DNA of 64,000 nucleotides, from positions 32,001-96,000 of IMG/VR virus record IMGVR_UViG_3300028735_000004. The stretch is one strand, 5' to 3'. The notes below the pieces were generated by a model, which saw only the letters and a list, made by a program, of their open reading frames with translations, searched no databases and had not been told where the DNA came from. This document shows, piece by piece, positions 49,107 to 60,623 of the stretch. Source of the DNA: a virus (lineage: Duplodnaviria; Caudoviricetes). Position numbers and translations under genes: made by a program. The first letter of the stretch is position 1. Every line of letters starts with the position of its first letter.

Positions 49107-52100
49107 TCATTTGTATATGATAAAACTTCTAGAGTTAGCTGGTTTTAATTTTTTAACTAAAATTTCTAATATTTCTTGTAATTTATCATTTTGACTAATT
49201 AATTTAAATGAATCAAATACTGTGATAGTAAAATCAAATAAACCTATCTCATCGTTGCGCAATTTAGCGAAATCTTCAACTTTTTCAATTACTTTATCAA
49301 AGTCTAAAAGTAAAGTTGTATATAAATCTTCGACAACCGGCAACACTATCTCGGTATTAGAACTGTAATTTACATCTAATGATTCGCCATAAGGCATATA
49401 TAAAGGCCTTGATACATTACTAATTCTTAAATTATCTATTAAGGCAAATGCACCATTTTTACCACTATGATCTGTTCCAATATAAAATTCATTTATAGTA
49501 TCTTTAAAGGTAATTGAAGAAATAATGCTTGATTCTCCAACATAAGATGAGCCCATAACTACACCTTGACCTAATAGTAAGCCGCTTCCAAATAAAACAT
49601 TGCCTCTTTCATATCCATCTACAAATAATCTAATTTCATCTTTACCTAATCCGCCATTAACTTTGTAAGATGCCTTTACTCTATGCCAAGAGTTTCTGGT
49701 CCAGAAAATAGGTGCTCTAATTTGGTAATCTAATGAATCGGCTCTTATATTAAAATTAATATATCCAGATGGATCTTTATATATAGAAATTCGATCTCCA
49801 TTTGTACCAGTTGGTTCATAACTTACTATTACCGGTGTATTTGGGCTTGGTAGTGGTTTTCTTAAATAAATAGTTTGTTTATCACTGGAAATAGTTCCGT
49901 TAATAAAGTAATCATAATCTTTATCACCGTAAAGTAATTTGACACTAACAATTTTTGATGCCCTACCTTTAATTTTAACTTCCACATTATTTACGCTTGT
50001 GGTTTTTTCTGATACTACCGAAGATGCGTCAAAGTAGAAACGATATGCTATATCGTTCCAGGAATCAAACAATGTATTAATCCAAAACTCTATAGTTCCT
50101 TCATTTTTGTTTAAAATTCCAAGATTTTCGAATTTCAAAGGAGCATTAGTAAAACAAATACTTTGATTAAATTTATCATTTACTTTCTCAGAAGCCTGAA
50201 TGTATTGATGGTTTGAAGTAATGTAAAAATCAGCCTTATTAACGAATGGTTTTTCATCAAATGTAGAATAAAAAATCAAATTCGATGTTAATTTAGGAGG
50301 TTTAACCGAATTATAATGTTTGGTAATAGTTTCTTTTGAAGAACTAACTACCTCTCCAATTCTAACATCACTATACATAGCAGAAGATATTCTTACTTCA
50401 TCTAAAATCCCACCTAATTGATTTTTTTCATCATAACTGGATCCAAGATAAAAATAAGGAATGTTAGATTTAAATGGTATTGTTAAATATGTATAATAAT
50501 CAAACTCATACATTCCTTTAGTTAGAATATATGGAATGCCAGCAAACCTATCTTCTTCAAATGTAAAGAAGCCGTTTTGTAATCCACTACTATAAGTATG
50601 TAAATTCAAAACTTCATATACGCCATCGGTAAATGTGGTTAATGGTAATGGATAAGAAGATGACAATTGAGATAAAGTTAAACTCATTCTATCAGAAGAA
50701 ACTCCAGTTATATTATAGAAACCGGCAACTGCAGACGGAGATATTATTCTTAAATAATTACCAATTAAAGTATCTGAAAAATGAGCGTTTTCGTCTCTAA
50801 CTACATATCCATCTGATCCATCATTATAAAGAGTATTACCTACAGAAACTTGATAACTAAATCTAATGACTGGAGAAACTATCTCATATCCATCAGCAAG
50901 ATATGCCGTATTTATATCTTTATATGTAATAGCATTCGCTTCTTTAACCGCTAATAATAAACAGTCTTTGGAAGTATCTATTGGTTTGCAATTAACTTGT
51001 ACTGTATTAACTAATAAAAATAAATTAGAAGTATTAAGAGAGCCAACATCAGTAAAAGTTAAAGTTTCGATAACATTTTCTTGCAATCCAGAAATTGGAT
51101 TTAATCTAATGCCATCTATATTAACGCTAACTGATGTGCTAAAATCTATATTGGTGCCATTAATTTCTACAGTTAAAAATCTTCCGCTGTCTGTATTAGA
51201 TGGCTGATCCGTTTTTAAATTATTAGAATTGAATACACCGAATGATAAGGTGGAATTGCTTGGTCCTATTGCTGTTCTATCTAATAATACTTTATAAATT
51301 TTAACATCATTTAAAGAAACGGGTGGAGGTAATCTTGTCGGTATTACATTAGCATTATTACCCCAAATATAATATTTTTGTTTTAACCTTCTATTATTAA
51401 TACCTAATGTATTAATTAATACTATATCGTTAATTAGTGCTTTATCTCTAATTGTCAAAACCGCGTTATAATAACCATCTGTGCTTTCACTTATTTCGTA
51501 CGCTGGATGCAAGGCTCTAACGCCTGGTATTTCTTCATCTTCATTTTTATAAATATAAAAATTGGTGCCAGAAAAAGATGATGGAAGAGTGTCATTTATA
51601 ATTAACGAATTGGCTGATACACTTAAAATAGTATAGACATCACTTAAACCATCTATTTTAATTAAATATCCTGGATTAATTTTAGAGCTTATAAAATTAG
51701 ATGATGAAGAATAAACAATGCTGGCGCCAATAGTACCTTGCAAATCATTATTAGTTAAGCTTGTGTGTAATAAAGAAACAGCAATATTGGGATAAATATC
51801 AATAGGAGTTTTAACACTGAATGATGTTTTATTTACTGAAAACTTACCATTCTGTATTGTTAATGGCATAACAGATGCTAATGTTAAATTATTTCCATTA
51901 ACAAATGTAATATTATATCCAGTAGTTGAAAAACCCTCTTCTTCTATATATAAAGTATCACCAATATTAATGCCATAAGCACCAAAATTAATTGATGAAT
52001 TAACGATATTAGATCCGAAAGTTGTCGATAAATCAGTAGATGAAACAATATTATTATTAATGAAACCTATTATTTGTTCCGGATTAATAGTTCTATATTT

Positions 52101-55100
52101 TTCGTGCAGATATGGTTTAAGTTTTTCACCATATTTAAAAATATTTGGAACCTCTTGTCCATCAACAAATAAATGAATTTCGTCTCTTCCGGTTTTTGCG
52201 TTGAGTTTCCAAGATGTGGCAACAAAATGTTTTTCTCCGGCTTTCCAGGCAGAGATATCAGAACTAATTAAATAAGATGTTTTATTGCTATCGAAAATTT
52301 TGAAATTTAAATATCCGGTCTCATCTTTAAATAAAGAAATTCTATTTTTATTTTCATTTTCGGCATAATCTAAAATATAATGAGTTGTATCAGCCAAAAA
52401 TGTTATTTCTTGCTGAGGATTAATATCATTGGTTATTTTGTAATTTATTTTGCTAACAGATGTGAATAAACTTCCAGAATATGGTTTCGAAACTGAAGTA
52501 AATTTTGAATCATAAAATTTACCGTTAGTTTCTATTGTAATATCATAATTTTTTACAATATACCCATCATCATATCCGTCTTGAATAGCAAGATACCATC
52601 TGGAAAAATCGCCAGATAAATCTTTATCGTAGTAAATAAATACACCATCTTTATATTTATTAGGAGTCCCATCAACTCTATCGTTTTTATTTAATTTAAT
52701 AACATATTTATTATTTTCGACAACATATGACGGGTGATATTCGGCCGCTCCTATAAAAATTTGATTTTCTGGTAAAGGAACACCATTTTTTAAAATAGAA
52801 ATTGTTAAATCTGCTAAATTATCTAAACCGTTCCATTCAGGTATAATCCAACTCTCAAATGTTCCTTCTTCTATTTTTAAATTTCCTGCTATTGGTAATT
52901 TAATATATTCATCACTATTTTTAATTAAAACTCCACTACCATATTTAGATGGCAAAAGATTTAAATCGCCGGATGTTATAATTTCTTCTTGAGATAATAA
53001 ATTATATCCTAATGACCAATTAGTAAAAGCTGATTCTTTAACTTCGGCCGGAGTATGAGATATAATTGATGCAATATTTTTGATTGCAGTTAATGATGGA
53101 CCACTAATAAATGATTGCATTGCTGCAATTAAACAATCTCTATATCTTTCCCTATCAAACAATGTATCAAAAGTGGAAAGTATTGGGATATCGATTAATA
53201 AACCGAAATTCTTTAATAATGCATCTCTTAAAGCACCAACTTTATAACTTACATAATAATCTTCATTAGGATTAAGAGCAGAACTATTTCTAAAATCTAA
53301 AACATTATCTCCATATTCATAACTAATAACAATTTCATCTGCCAAATAAGTATAATCTATATAAAAATCACCTTTATTATAATCAATTACCAAAGAAGAT
53401 AAATCGTTAATAGTAAATGAATAATTAACTACTACATAATCTCCGTTTTGAGGATTATTAATTCCGGATAAAACTAAAGTCAAATTATTGCCAAGTACAT
53501 AAGATCCAGAATTATCCCATAATTCATATCCATCAGAAGCTTTAATTACGCTTATATTTAAAGATATATTTGGTGATAAATAATATAATGGATTATTTAA
53601 TGTAATATAGTATTGATATCCATCATATTGAACTATTTGATATTCTTCAAAATCAAGAGAAGATACGCTTACTATTTTACCAGAAGCTGACGCCGCATTA
53701 GCAAAATTTATTGGCTGTATATTATTATATAAATCATTTAATTCATATAATCCTCTAATATACTTAACATTATTGCTAACGCCTGGTACAAATTCAGAAT
53801 TATCAAAAGATCCTATTTTATTATTTAATAATACATAAGGATACAATTGATCGTTATTTAAAAATCTTTCATTTAAATATTCCAAATTTTCAACATATGC
53901 AGATCCGTCAAAGATATCAGAATAAGCAAAAGTTTTTTCTTTTTGAGAAATTGAGCTAAATTGATAATATAAATCTTCTACACTTAATATGTGAGGGTAT
54001 TGTGTATTGATATAAGATCGTTTATAAGAAACAGAGCCAATATTAAAATCTTGATTTATATCTACTGCGCAATAAATTACACCATTTTTATAATCAACTT
54101 GATAATAACCAACTTGATTTAATCTTGTCAAATTATCAGTTTCAGATATAAAATTATCAAAATACAACTCATTAACAAAAATATTTAAATCTGAAAAATT
54201 AACAGTAGAGTTTTCTGAAAAACCTAAACCGTCTTCACTTGAACCAACTATATTATTATTATTTAATAAAATTTTAAATATTTTTATATTAGGATCAACA
54301 GTAGTAATTATAGTGTTAATAAATAAAGTTTCGTTAGAGACATAATCAAACGAAGCCCTTTCTCTAACTAATGATTGAATGTTTGGTGGTATATTATAAG
54401 AAAAATATATTTTATCATTATTAAATCTTACAAATTTATATAATTCTCCAGAAGTTTCATTATATATTCTAAATACATTTGTAATAGGACTATTTTGTGC
54501 TTTAAGTGCATTTAAGGCAATTAAATTATTTCCTATTCTTTCGTTTAAAGCCTCTTTATGTATATTTGCAATATAATCAATATCTTTAGCCAACACATTT
54601 TCAAAACTAAAACTAATGTCAGCTGATATTTCTTTTAAATTTCCGTTAGGTAATGAAACTAACTCTAACAAGCTTTCGTCATAAACATAATCGATATCTT
54701 CTTTAAAGGAATATTTGTAATTATATACTATTACTGGTGGAGTAGCTCCAGTACCAGACATTTCTTGACTTTCACCATATACATATACAGTTCCGGTTTC
54801 ATAATCTATCGCATATTCCCCAACACGAGATGGCAAATAATCAACTCTATAAGGTATCTCATATAAAAATGCCGGATGTTTTACATTAGAGTTTGGAGGA
54901 GCACTTAAATTATAAAAAACCACATCTCCAACACTACCAATCTTACCATTTGCTTTAGTGATTGGAGCGTGTTTTAAATTGAAAATATTCTTTAACGGAG
55001 GGAGAGTTTCTCTGCCGGAAGATAAAACGGTGCTAACCTCAATCGTTGTAGGATCTATAGAAATAGATGTATCTTTATATTGATATTTAACCGAAATATT

Positions 55101-56063
55101 AAAAATATTTTCTAAAGAAAAATTGGTGTCATTTAAAATTAAATCACTTATTTTTACTTGATTATTTTTTAAAAGTAAATAAGTAAAAGCATATTGGCTA
55201 TCATATTTTGATTCAAGTAATTGGTAGCCGTATTTTTCTATATCGTAAGTATATGGAGATTTATCAGTATAATTAAAAACTATACTATTTACTTTTGTAA
55301 TAAATTTTTTATTTAAACTTAATACAAATGTTTTTAAATTAAAAAATCCGTTTTTATTTTCTGAGGCCGTCTTTAAATCTTCAGAATAATCAATTCCTTG
55401 TAAAGTAATTGGATCAATTGGAAAATCATCAAAAGATAATGTTTTTGACAATTTTGTGCCAGTTAATTGTTTTCCAACTCTTATTATTTCGTAAGCGCCC
55501 TCTTCTGATAATCTATCAAATGGACCTCTACCTCTTGTCTTTTTTTCATCTTTAATTTCTACCGAGAGATAGTTTTCATTCTTAACTTGCCTAATATCGT
55601 ATAAACCTTTAGAAAGATTTATCGCTAAACTATCTATATATTTACTAATTACTGAAGTATTATCGGTGTTATAAATACTGTCTCGTAAATAATTATTTAT
55701 ATTAGTTTTTATAACATTATCATTTTCTACTGGACCAATAATTAAATACCTGTTAGTAATACCATCTTCAAATAATAAAGCATCTCCGTTTAAAGATTTA
55801 AATTTACTGTCAGATGTTGAATTAAAAGTTAAGAAAAATGCTGCAGATGGTGTTAAAGGATAGGAATTAATAGTTAGAATATCATCAACTACTGATACGC
55901 TTAAAACACCGGGATTATCTACACCTGGCGTCTGAGAAACAATGCTTACATTAGAGGTATCTATACTTAAAGCCAATTTTTCAGTAAATCTGGCTTTAAT
56001 TTCAGTATTACTTACTATTTCTACACCTATTAAACGAAGATTTTTCAAATTAAACACTCTCAA
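49107..56063 (-). CDS. Giant baseplate-wedge-like protein (2318 aa) with LamG/concanavalin-like domains
   Basis: Follows baseplate J. DRERYRDCL..GPSLTAIK and terminal KLKPANSR resemble gpI-type wedge proteins. Two EGT(F/I)E.W...LFVDG...ID..RIS LamG-like sets. TTG start (56063 or 56048). Confidence 0.72.
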   Translation of the reverse strand: MRVFNLKNLRLIGVEIVSNTEIKARFTEKLALSIDTSNVSIVSQTPGVDNPGVLSVSVVDDILTINSYPLTPSAAFFLTFNSTSDSKFKSLNGDALLFEDGITNRYLIIGPVENDNVIKTNINNYLRDSIYNTDNTSVISKYIDSLAINLSKGLYDIRQVKNENYLSVEIKDEKKTRGRGPFDRLSEEGAYEIIRVGKQLTGTKLSKTLSFDDFPIDPITLQGIDYSEDLKTASENKNGFFNLKTFVLSLNKKFITKVNSIVFNYTDKSPYTYDIEKYGYQLLESKYDSQYAFTYLLLKNNQVKISDLILNDTNFSLENIFNISVKYQYKDTSISIDPTTIEVSTVLSSGRETLPPLKNIFNLKHAPITKANGKIGSVGDVVFYNLSAPPNSNVKHPAFLYEIPYRVDYLPSRVGEYAIDYETGTVYVYGESQEMSGTGATPPVIVYNYKYSFKEDIDYVYDESLLELVSLPNGNLKEISADISFSFENVLAKDIDYIANIHKEALNERIGNNLIALNALKAQNSPITNVFRIYNETSGELYKFVRFNNDKIYFSYNIPPNIQSLVRERASFDYVSNETLFINTIITTVDPNIKIFKILLNNNNIVGSSEDGLGFSENSTVNFSDLNIFVNELYFDNFISETDNLTRLNQVGYYQVDYKNGVIYCAVDINQDFNIGSVSYKRSYINTQYPHILSVEDLYYQFSSISQKEKTFAYSDIFDGSAYVENLEYLNERFLNNDQLYPYVLLNNKIGSFDNSEFVPGVSNNVKYIRGLYELNDLYNNIQPINFANAASASGKIVSVSSLDFEEYQIVQYDGYQYYITLNNPLYYLSPNISLNISVIKASDGYELWDNSGSYVLGNNLTLVLSGINNPQNGDYVVVNYSFTINDLSSLVIDYNKGDFYIDYTYLADEIVISYEYGDNVLDFRNSSALNPNEDYYVSYKVGALRDALLKNFGLLIDIPILSTFDTLFDRERYRDCLIAAMQSFISGPSLTAIKNIASIISHTPAEVKESAFTNWSLGYNLLSQEEIITSGDLNLLPSKYGSGVLIKNSDEYIKLPIAGNLKIEEGTFESWIIPEWNGLDNLADLTISILKNGVPLPENQIFIGAAEYHPSYVVENNKYVIKLNKNDRVDGTPNKYKDGVFIYYDKDLSGDFSRWYLAIQDGYDDGYIVKNYDITIETNGKFYDSKFTSVSKPYSGSLFTSVSKINYKITNDINPQQEITFLADTTHYILDYAENENKNRISLFKDETGYLNFKIFDSNKTSYLISSDISAWKAGEKHFVATSWKLNAKTGRDEIHLFVDGQEVPNIFKYGEKLKPYLHEKYRTINPEQIIGFINNNIVSSTDLSTTFGSNIVNSSINFGAYGINIGDTLYIEEEGFSTTGYNITFVNGNNLTLASVMPLTIQNGKFSVNKTSFSVKTPIDIYPNIAVSLLHTSLTNNDLQGTIGASIVYSSSSNFISSKINPGYLIKIDGLSDVYTILSVSANSLIINDTLPSSFSGTNFYIYKNEDEEIPGVRALHPAYEISESTDGYYNAVLTIRDKALINDIVLINTLGINNRRLKQKYYIWGNNANVIPTRLPPPVSLNDVKIYKVLLDRTAIGPSNSTLSFGVFNSNNLKTDQPSNTDSGRFLTVEINGTNIDFSTSVSVNIDGIRLNPISGLQENVIETLTFTDVGSLNTSNLFLLVNTVQVNCKPIDTSKDCLLLAVKEANAITYKDINTAYLADGYEIVSPVIRFSYQVSVGNTLYNDGSDGYVVRDENAHFSDTLIGNYLRIISPSAVAGFYNITGVSSDRMSLTLSQLSSSYPLPLTTFTDGVYEVLNLHTYSSGLQNGFFTFEEDRFAGIPYILTKGMYEFDYYTYLTIPFKSNIPYFYLGSSYDEKNQLGGILDEVRISSAMYSDVRIGEVVSSSKETITKHYNSVKPPKLTSNLIFYSTFDEKPFVNKADFYITSNHQYIQASEKVNDKFNQSICFTNAPLKFENLGILNKNEGTIEFWINTLFDSWNDIAYRFYFDASSVVSEKTTSVNNVEVKIKGRASKIVSVKLLYGDKDYDYFINGTISSDKQTIYLRKPLPSPNTPVIVSYEPTGTNGDRISIYKDPSGYINFNIRADSLDYQIRAPIFWTRNSWHRVKASYKVNGGLGKDEIRLFVDGYERGNVLFGSGLLLGQGVVMGSSYVGESSIISSITFKDTINEFYIGTDHSGKNGAFALIDNLRISNVSRPLYMPYGESLDVNYSSNTEIVLPVVEDLYTTLLLDFDKVIEKVEDFAKLRNDEIGLFDFTITVFDSFKLISQNDKLQEILEILVKKLKPANSRSFIIYK

Positions 56064-59000
56064 TATTAATTATAATATTATTTGCTAAAAAATATTCATT
56101 TTTTTGAGCAGTAATAGTTAAAACTTGACCAACCTCTCCTGTTTTATTAAAATATATTACCCGAGAACGACTTACTCCAGCTACAGATTGAGCTACACTT
56201 ATTAGATCTGAACTATTAATTGTATCACCAAGCACATTTGTATTTATAGCATTGGTAATTTGATCTTTTACATTCTGAACCACAGTTGTAGATGAGCTAA
56301 GGAAATCTGCTTTAATAACTATATTCATAGTAAGATCTATACTTAATGCATTTGCTGATTTTACTAAAACATCAGCATTAATGGGACGGCTACTTTCAAC
56401 TGTTAATGTAGTATCTCCAATTAATCTGTTATAATTATATCGTATAGTAATTCTTTCATTTTGTTTTGGCGCCAAATAATCATAAAATACCTTATATCTC
56501 GATCCTGTAGCAGGTTGATTAAAATAAGATAATGTAAATTTTGTAGATAAAGATGAGGAAAACCCTCCAGATATGTAGAATTTTTCTATAAATGCAAAAT
56601 TTTTATTTGTATATAACGATCCATTTCTTGTAAATTGAATATCTTCATACTGGTTATCTAATATATAGTAGAATGTAATTCTAAACTTATCTCCAATTTT
56701 AGGCTCGTTAGCAATATTTTTTGCTGTTGAAGGTAATATGAACTCAAAATTATTCAATGAAACATCATTTAATACTTCATCAGAATAATACACATTATTC
56801 TTGATTTTACTACCAATTAAATCATAATCATTTAATACTGATAAAACCTCATCATTTGTAGAAACTGAAACTTTTTCTAAATTAGTAATTCTAACTAATG
56901 ATAAATAAGATGATAACGAAGATACGGAGGACAAACCAAGATATTTCTTTAACGCCTCAATAACATTTTGTTTTAATCCATTATTGACTGCGGTAAATAC
57001 AATATCTGAAACTTTATTTAAAGTTTTACCCCTAACTGTTAAAATACCAGAGTTATTAATTTGATCTGACACAATAAGATTTAATTTAGATGGAGCTTGT
57101 CTTAAAGGTTTAGATCTAAAAAATAAAACATAAACTCTATCTCCAACTGACGCTAAAGTATCTTTTGGTAAATATAGTTTATAATTATTAAAATCAATAG
57201 AACAACTATAAGTCCATAAATCTTTACCATCTGCAATTCTAATAACTGAAATTTGACTTATATCTAAGTTTTCTAAATTATTTGCTATAACAATACTATT
57301 ATTTGTTAAATCATAACTAATAATATCATACATAGCATTATTAAACGGATATAAAGAATTTTTAATATTAACTTTCTTACCTAAAATATTCGAAATTGAA
57401 CTAAGAATTAAAGTGGGAGCATAAAATGAGGCTTGTCTATCGTTTATCAATGGAACTAAATAACCGTCTGTTCCAGAAAGTATAGATAAATTAGTAGTAG
57501 GATCAATTATGTCAAATGATACTGATGTTTCCGCTGTAAATTGATAAAATGGTATAAAAAATTTATCGGCAGAAAAATCATAATCTAATAACTGAATATC
57601 TCCTCTAATAAATGAATTTGCAAAAGTAAATGGCTGAGTTCTTCTTAAATCATCTGAATAATAAAGAACTAATACATTTTGTCCTATCGCCGGTGAGTTA
57701 AGACCGCCTAATATAATTTGATATGTATTATTTGTATCTGTAGTAATGGTGCCTTTATTATTTGCGTTCCATAATTCAACATTATCAATTAATCTTATTA
57801 TAGAAACAATATGTTTGTCAGTAATATTATAATCTGTTGATTTTGCGTTTAATGTAATAAAAAATTCATTAAATGCATTTTGCTGTATTACTTGATTTTC
57901 TTTAATTAAGGTGTTGTTAGCAAAATTATTTAAAAACCCAACAGTAGAATTGGTTATAAACCCATTACCCAATCTGCTTAAAGGCATATTAGCAATACCG
58001 CATACCAAAGCATCCTGTGTATTAGCAATATAATTAACCTTAATCATATAAGATGAAATTGTGGAGCTAAAATTAGAGACAGGAATAGTTATTTGGTTAT
58101 TAATAAAATTACCATTAATATTATTTACTTTAAAAACATCAGTTGTATTATAAAATACAGTAAGTCTTGTATTTTCGGTTGCTGCAGTATCTGTTGGTAA
58201 AATAATCGTAATATTATATTTAATTTGAGATCCAACAACAACTCTGTCATTAAAGAATACCCCATCACCTTCAGATGTATTATAAACCTCTAAATCAGTG
58301 TTTTGTAATTTTATGCTATCTATATTTAATAACTCAGAATTTAAAGCGTATAAATTAACCGCTAATCTTCCAGTAAAAGTGCCAGAAGAAACAACTGTAG
58401 TAATACCATCGATTTGATTAAATAAATTTGTAGAAATAACCGAATTAATATTATGTTTTACTGTTCCAACATAAAAAGTATTATCATTGTTTAATTCAAA
58501 CAAAACATCTTCTTGTCTGATTTGATTTGATAGACCCCAATCAACGCTATCTTCTACCGATCTTAAATTATCATTAAATGTAATACCGTCATAATCACTA
58601 TATCTATCATAATCTACAACCCAAGTATAATCTACCTGCAAAATATCACTTGATGATGGTAATGTGTTTCCGGAGATCTTAATTCTTCCAGTGGTATTTA
58701 GTGTGCCATCACCATCTGGGTTTTGATCCGTAATTAAATATCTCTCTCCGGTATTAGTATTAAAAACTCTTGTTATTGATGTCGCCGGAGTGTGTAATAA
58801 CTGAACTACAGATCTATCAGATGATACCTGGCTATTTTCATTAGTAATTAAAATATTTTGTTGAATTTTAGGTATAGCCAACACATCAGTAAATGTTAAG
58901 TTATCTTGTCCTGCAAATTTACCTTTAACTTTATCTTCTTGATATAATGATATACGATCTGATACCCATTTGAATTTATCAAACCCCCAAGGGCTACCGC

Positions 59001-60129
59001 CGTATAATCCTTCATCTTTAATTAATTCATAATTTCCAGAAACTCTACCAAGACTATCAACACTTTTAGGAACAAAATTATTTCCACTTAATGATCCTGA
59101 AACTTCAACTATTTCTTGTACTGGTTGCGCTGGTAAAACTGAATTTGCTATATTATCTATTCTTTTTCTATTAATAGTTTTATTAACATCATCTGCTATT
59201 TGCCCAAGAATATAATCATTTTTATCATCAGCTGGGTTATTATTATTACTTTTGTCTTGATAAATAAAACTATCTATATATTCAGCAATTCTATTTCCTA
59301 ATATGATAATATCTACCTTACCGCCTTGACCTTCTGACAATATTGTATAACTGCCGTCGTTATTCTTTTTAACTACCGTTCCATCTCTTGTCATTAATGG
59401 ATCGCCTGGCTCAATTACTAATGCATCTAATACGCTTGGATCCGATAAAGCAGTATTTCTATATCCTAAGCTGGTTCCAATATTTGAACCACTAAAAATT
59501 GCTAAAACTCTATTTCTAAAAGTAGCATCATCTTCTTGATCTGAGCCACCAAAAAATGGCAATGGGTTCATTACATTAGAAACGCCAGAAATAAAAGTTT
59601 TATTAATACTGTATTTAGATATATTGCCGGATGAACCAGGAGCTGTTGCCTGAACCGCAACTTCAACAGCATATTGATCTGAAATATTTAAGAAATCTAA
59701 ATCTGCTTGATATTTAGCGGCAAGAGATCTATAAGCATTTAAAGAGTTAGGATTAACTGTTATTGAGTTTAAAATAGCAAAAGTTGCTCCATTTGAAGCA
59801 TAAACCAAATCACCTTTAACCAAAGATACTGTGGCCGGAATAGAACTAAATGTAAAAATAACTGTTCCAGAGGATTTAACGGAACTTTTCCTGGTGGCAC
59901 CGAAATTTTTGGCTAATTTATCTAAATCACTACCGCTAACTAATCGTAAGGATTGTAAGTTTGATATTTTAGATAATTCGTCATATAGCAAGGATAATTG
60001 GCTTGCTGGCATTTCAACAAATAAATCTCTAATAACACTACCTGGGTTAAGCGTAGCATCTGGCTGAACTGTTTTAAAATAATCTAATAAATTTAAAATT
60101 ATTTCATTAGCACTACGAATATTTACCAT
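56050..60129 (-). CDS. Baseplate J-like (gp6-like) wedge protein with a large insertion
   Basis: PGSVIRDL, GSDLDKLAKNFGATRK, VAVQATAPGSSGNI and GGSDQEDDATFRNR. Confidence 0.88.
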   Translation of the reverse strand: MVNIRSANEIILNLLDYFKTVQPDATLNPGSVIRDLFVEMPASQLSLLYDELSKISNLQSLRLVSGSDLDKLAKNFGATRKSSVKSSGTVIFTFSSIPATVSLVKGDLVYASNGATFAILNSITVNPNSLNAYRSLAAKYQADLDFLNISDQYAVEVAVQATAPGSSGNISKYSINKTFISGVSNVMNPLPFFGGSDQEDDATFRNRVLAIFSGSNIGTSLGYRNTALSDPSVLDALVIEPGDPLMTRDGTVVKKNNDGSYTILSEGQGGKVDIIILGNRIAEYIDSFIYQDKSNNNNPADDKNDYILGQIADDVNKTINRKRIDNIANSVLPAQPVQEIVEVSGSLSGNNFVPKSVDSLGRVSGNYELIKDEGLYGGSPWGFDKFKWVSDRISLYQEDKVKGKFAGQDNLTFTDVLAIPKIQQNILITNENSQVSSDRSVVQLLHTPATSITRVFNTNTGERYLITDQNPDGDGTLNTTGRIKISGNTLPSSSDILQVDYTWVVDYDRYSDYDGITFNDNLRSVEDSVDWGLSNQIRQEDVLFELNNDNTFYVGTVKHNINSVISTNLFNQIDGITTVVSSGTFTGRLAVNLYALNSELLNIDSIKLQNTDLEVYNTSEGDGVFFNDRVVVGSQIKYNITIILPTDTAATENTRLTVFYNTTDVFKVNNINGNFINNQITIPVSNFSSTISSYMIKVNYIANTQDALVCGIANMPLSRLGNGFITNSTVGFLNNFANNTLIKENQVIQQNAFNEFFITLNAKSTDYNITDKHIVSIIRLIDNVELWNANNKGTITTDTNNTYQIILGGLNSPAIGQNVLVLYYSDDLRRTQPFTFANSFIRGDIQLLDYDFSADKFFIPFYQFTAETSVSFDIIDPTTNLSILSGTDGYLVPLINDRQASFYAPTLILSSISNILGKKVNIKNSLYPFNNAMYDIISYDLTNNSIVIANNLENLDISQISVIRIADGKDLWTYSCSIDFNNYKLYLPKDTLASVGDRVYVLFFRSKPLRQAPSKLNLIVSDQINNSGILTVRGKTLNKVSDIVFTAVNNGLKQNVIEALKKYLGLSSVSSLSSYLSLVRITNLEKVSVSTNDEVLSVLNDYDLIGSKIKNNVYYSDEVLNDVSLNNFEFILPSTAKNIANEPKIGDKFRITFYYILDNQYEDIQFTRNGSLYTNKNFAFIEKFYISGGFSSSLSTKFTLSYFNQPATGSRYKVFYDYLAPKQNERITIRYNYNRLIGDTTLTVESSRPINADVLVKSANALSIDLTMNIVIKADFLSSSTTVVQNVKDQITNAINTNVLGDTINSSDLISVAQSVAGVSRSRVIYFNKTGEVGQVLTITAQKNEYFLANNIIINIESV

Positions 60130-60136
60130 TTTTGCC

Positions 60137-60571
60137 TTATGTTAGATTATTTGCCGTAAATCCGGTACTTACCAATTTAAAAGCTTTATTGAAAACTTTA
60201 ATTAAAACTTCTATTAGCCTTGGGTCTACATTGTTCCTAATTATAGATATATCACTAATTAGCGCTATTTGTTCTTGAGGAGATACTTTTTGCCCACTTA
60301 TAACCTGTAATTCTTGAAGTTTCTTTAAATTCTCTAAGGCATTCTGTAATTGGCTACTGGCAAGGGTAAATGATATATTGTCGTCTAATACTGATCCTAC
60401 TAAACTTTGACCAATAGCAGAGCCGTACCAAGGTTGATATAAATTACTACCAGCTTTTGTCAAACATATTTTTAATATATCTTGAACTAATTTGTCTTCA
60501 TTTGTCGTAGTAACCAGCTCACCACTATTAATAACTAAATCTCCAGCAGATATTTTTAAATCAAAAGACAT
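60137..60571 (-). CDS. gp25/GPW-like baseplate wedge protein
   Basis: DLKI..GDL...KLVQDILKICLT..GS..YQPWYGS. Immediately upstream of baseplate J. Confidence 0.8.
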   Translation of the reverse strand: MSFDLKISAGDLVINSGELVTTTNEDKLVQDILKICLTKAGSNLYQPWYGSAIGQSLVGSVLDDNISFTLASSQLQNALENLKKLQELQVISGQKVSPQEQIALISDISIIRNNVDPRLIEVLIKVFNKAFKLVSTGFTANNLT

Positions 60572-60584
60572 AATTAACCTTAAC

Positions 60585-60593
60585 ATTATACCA
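60585..60593 (-). promoter_or_regulatory. Extended -10 element TGGTATAAT upstream of the gp25-like gene
   Basis: Exact TGnTATAAT in a short intergenic gap. Confidence 0.45.
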
Positions 60594-60623
60594 AATTATT
60601 AGAAAAATTTAAAATAAATATAA

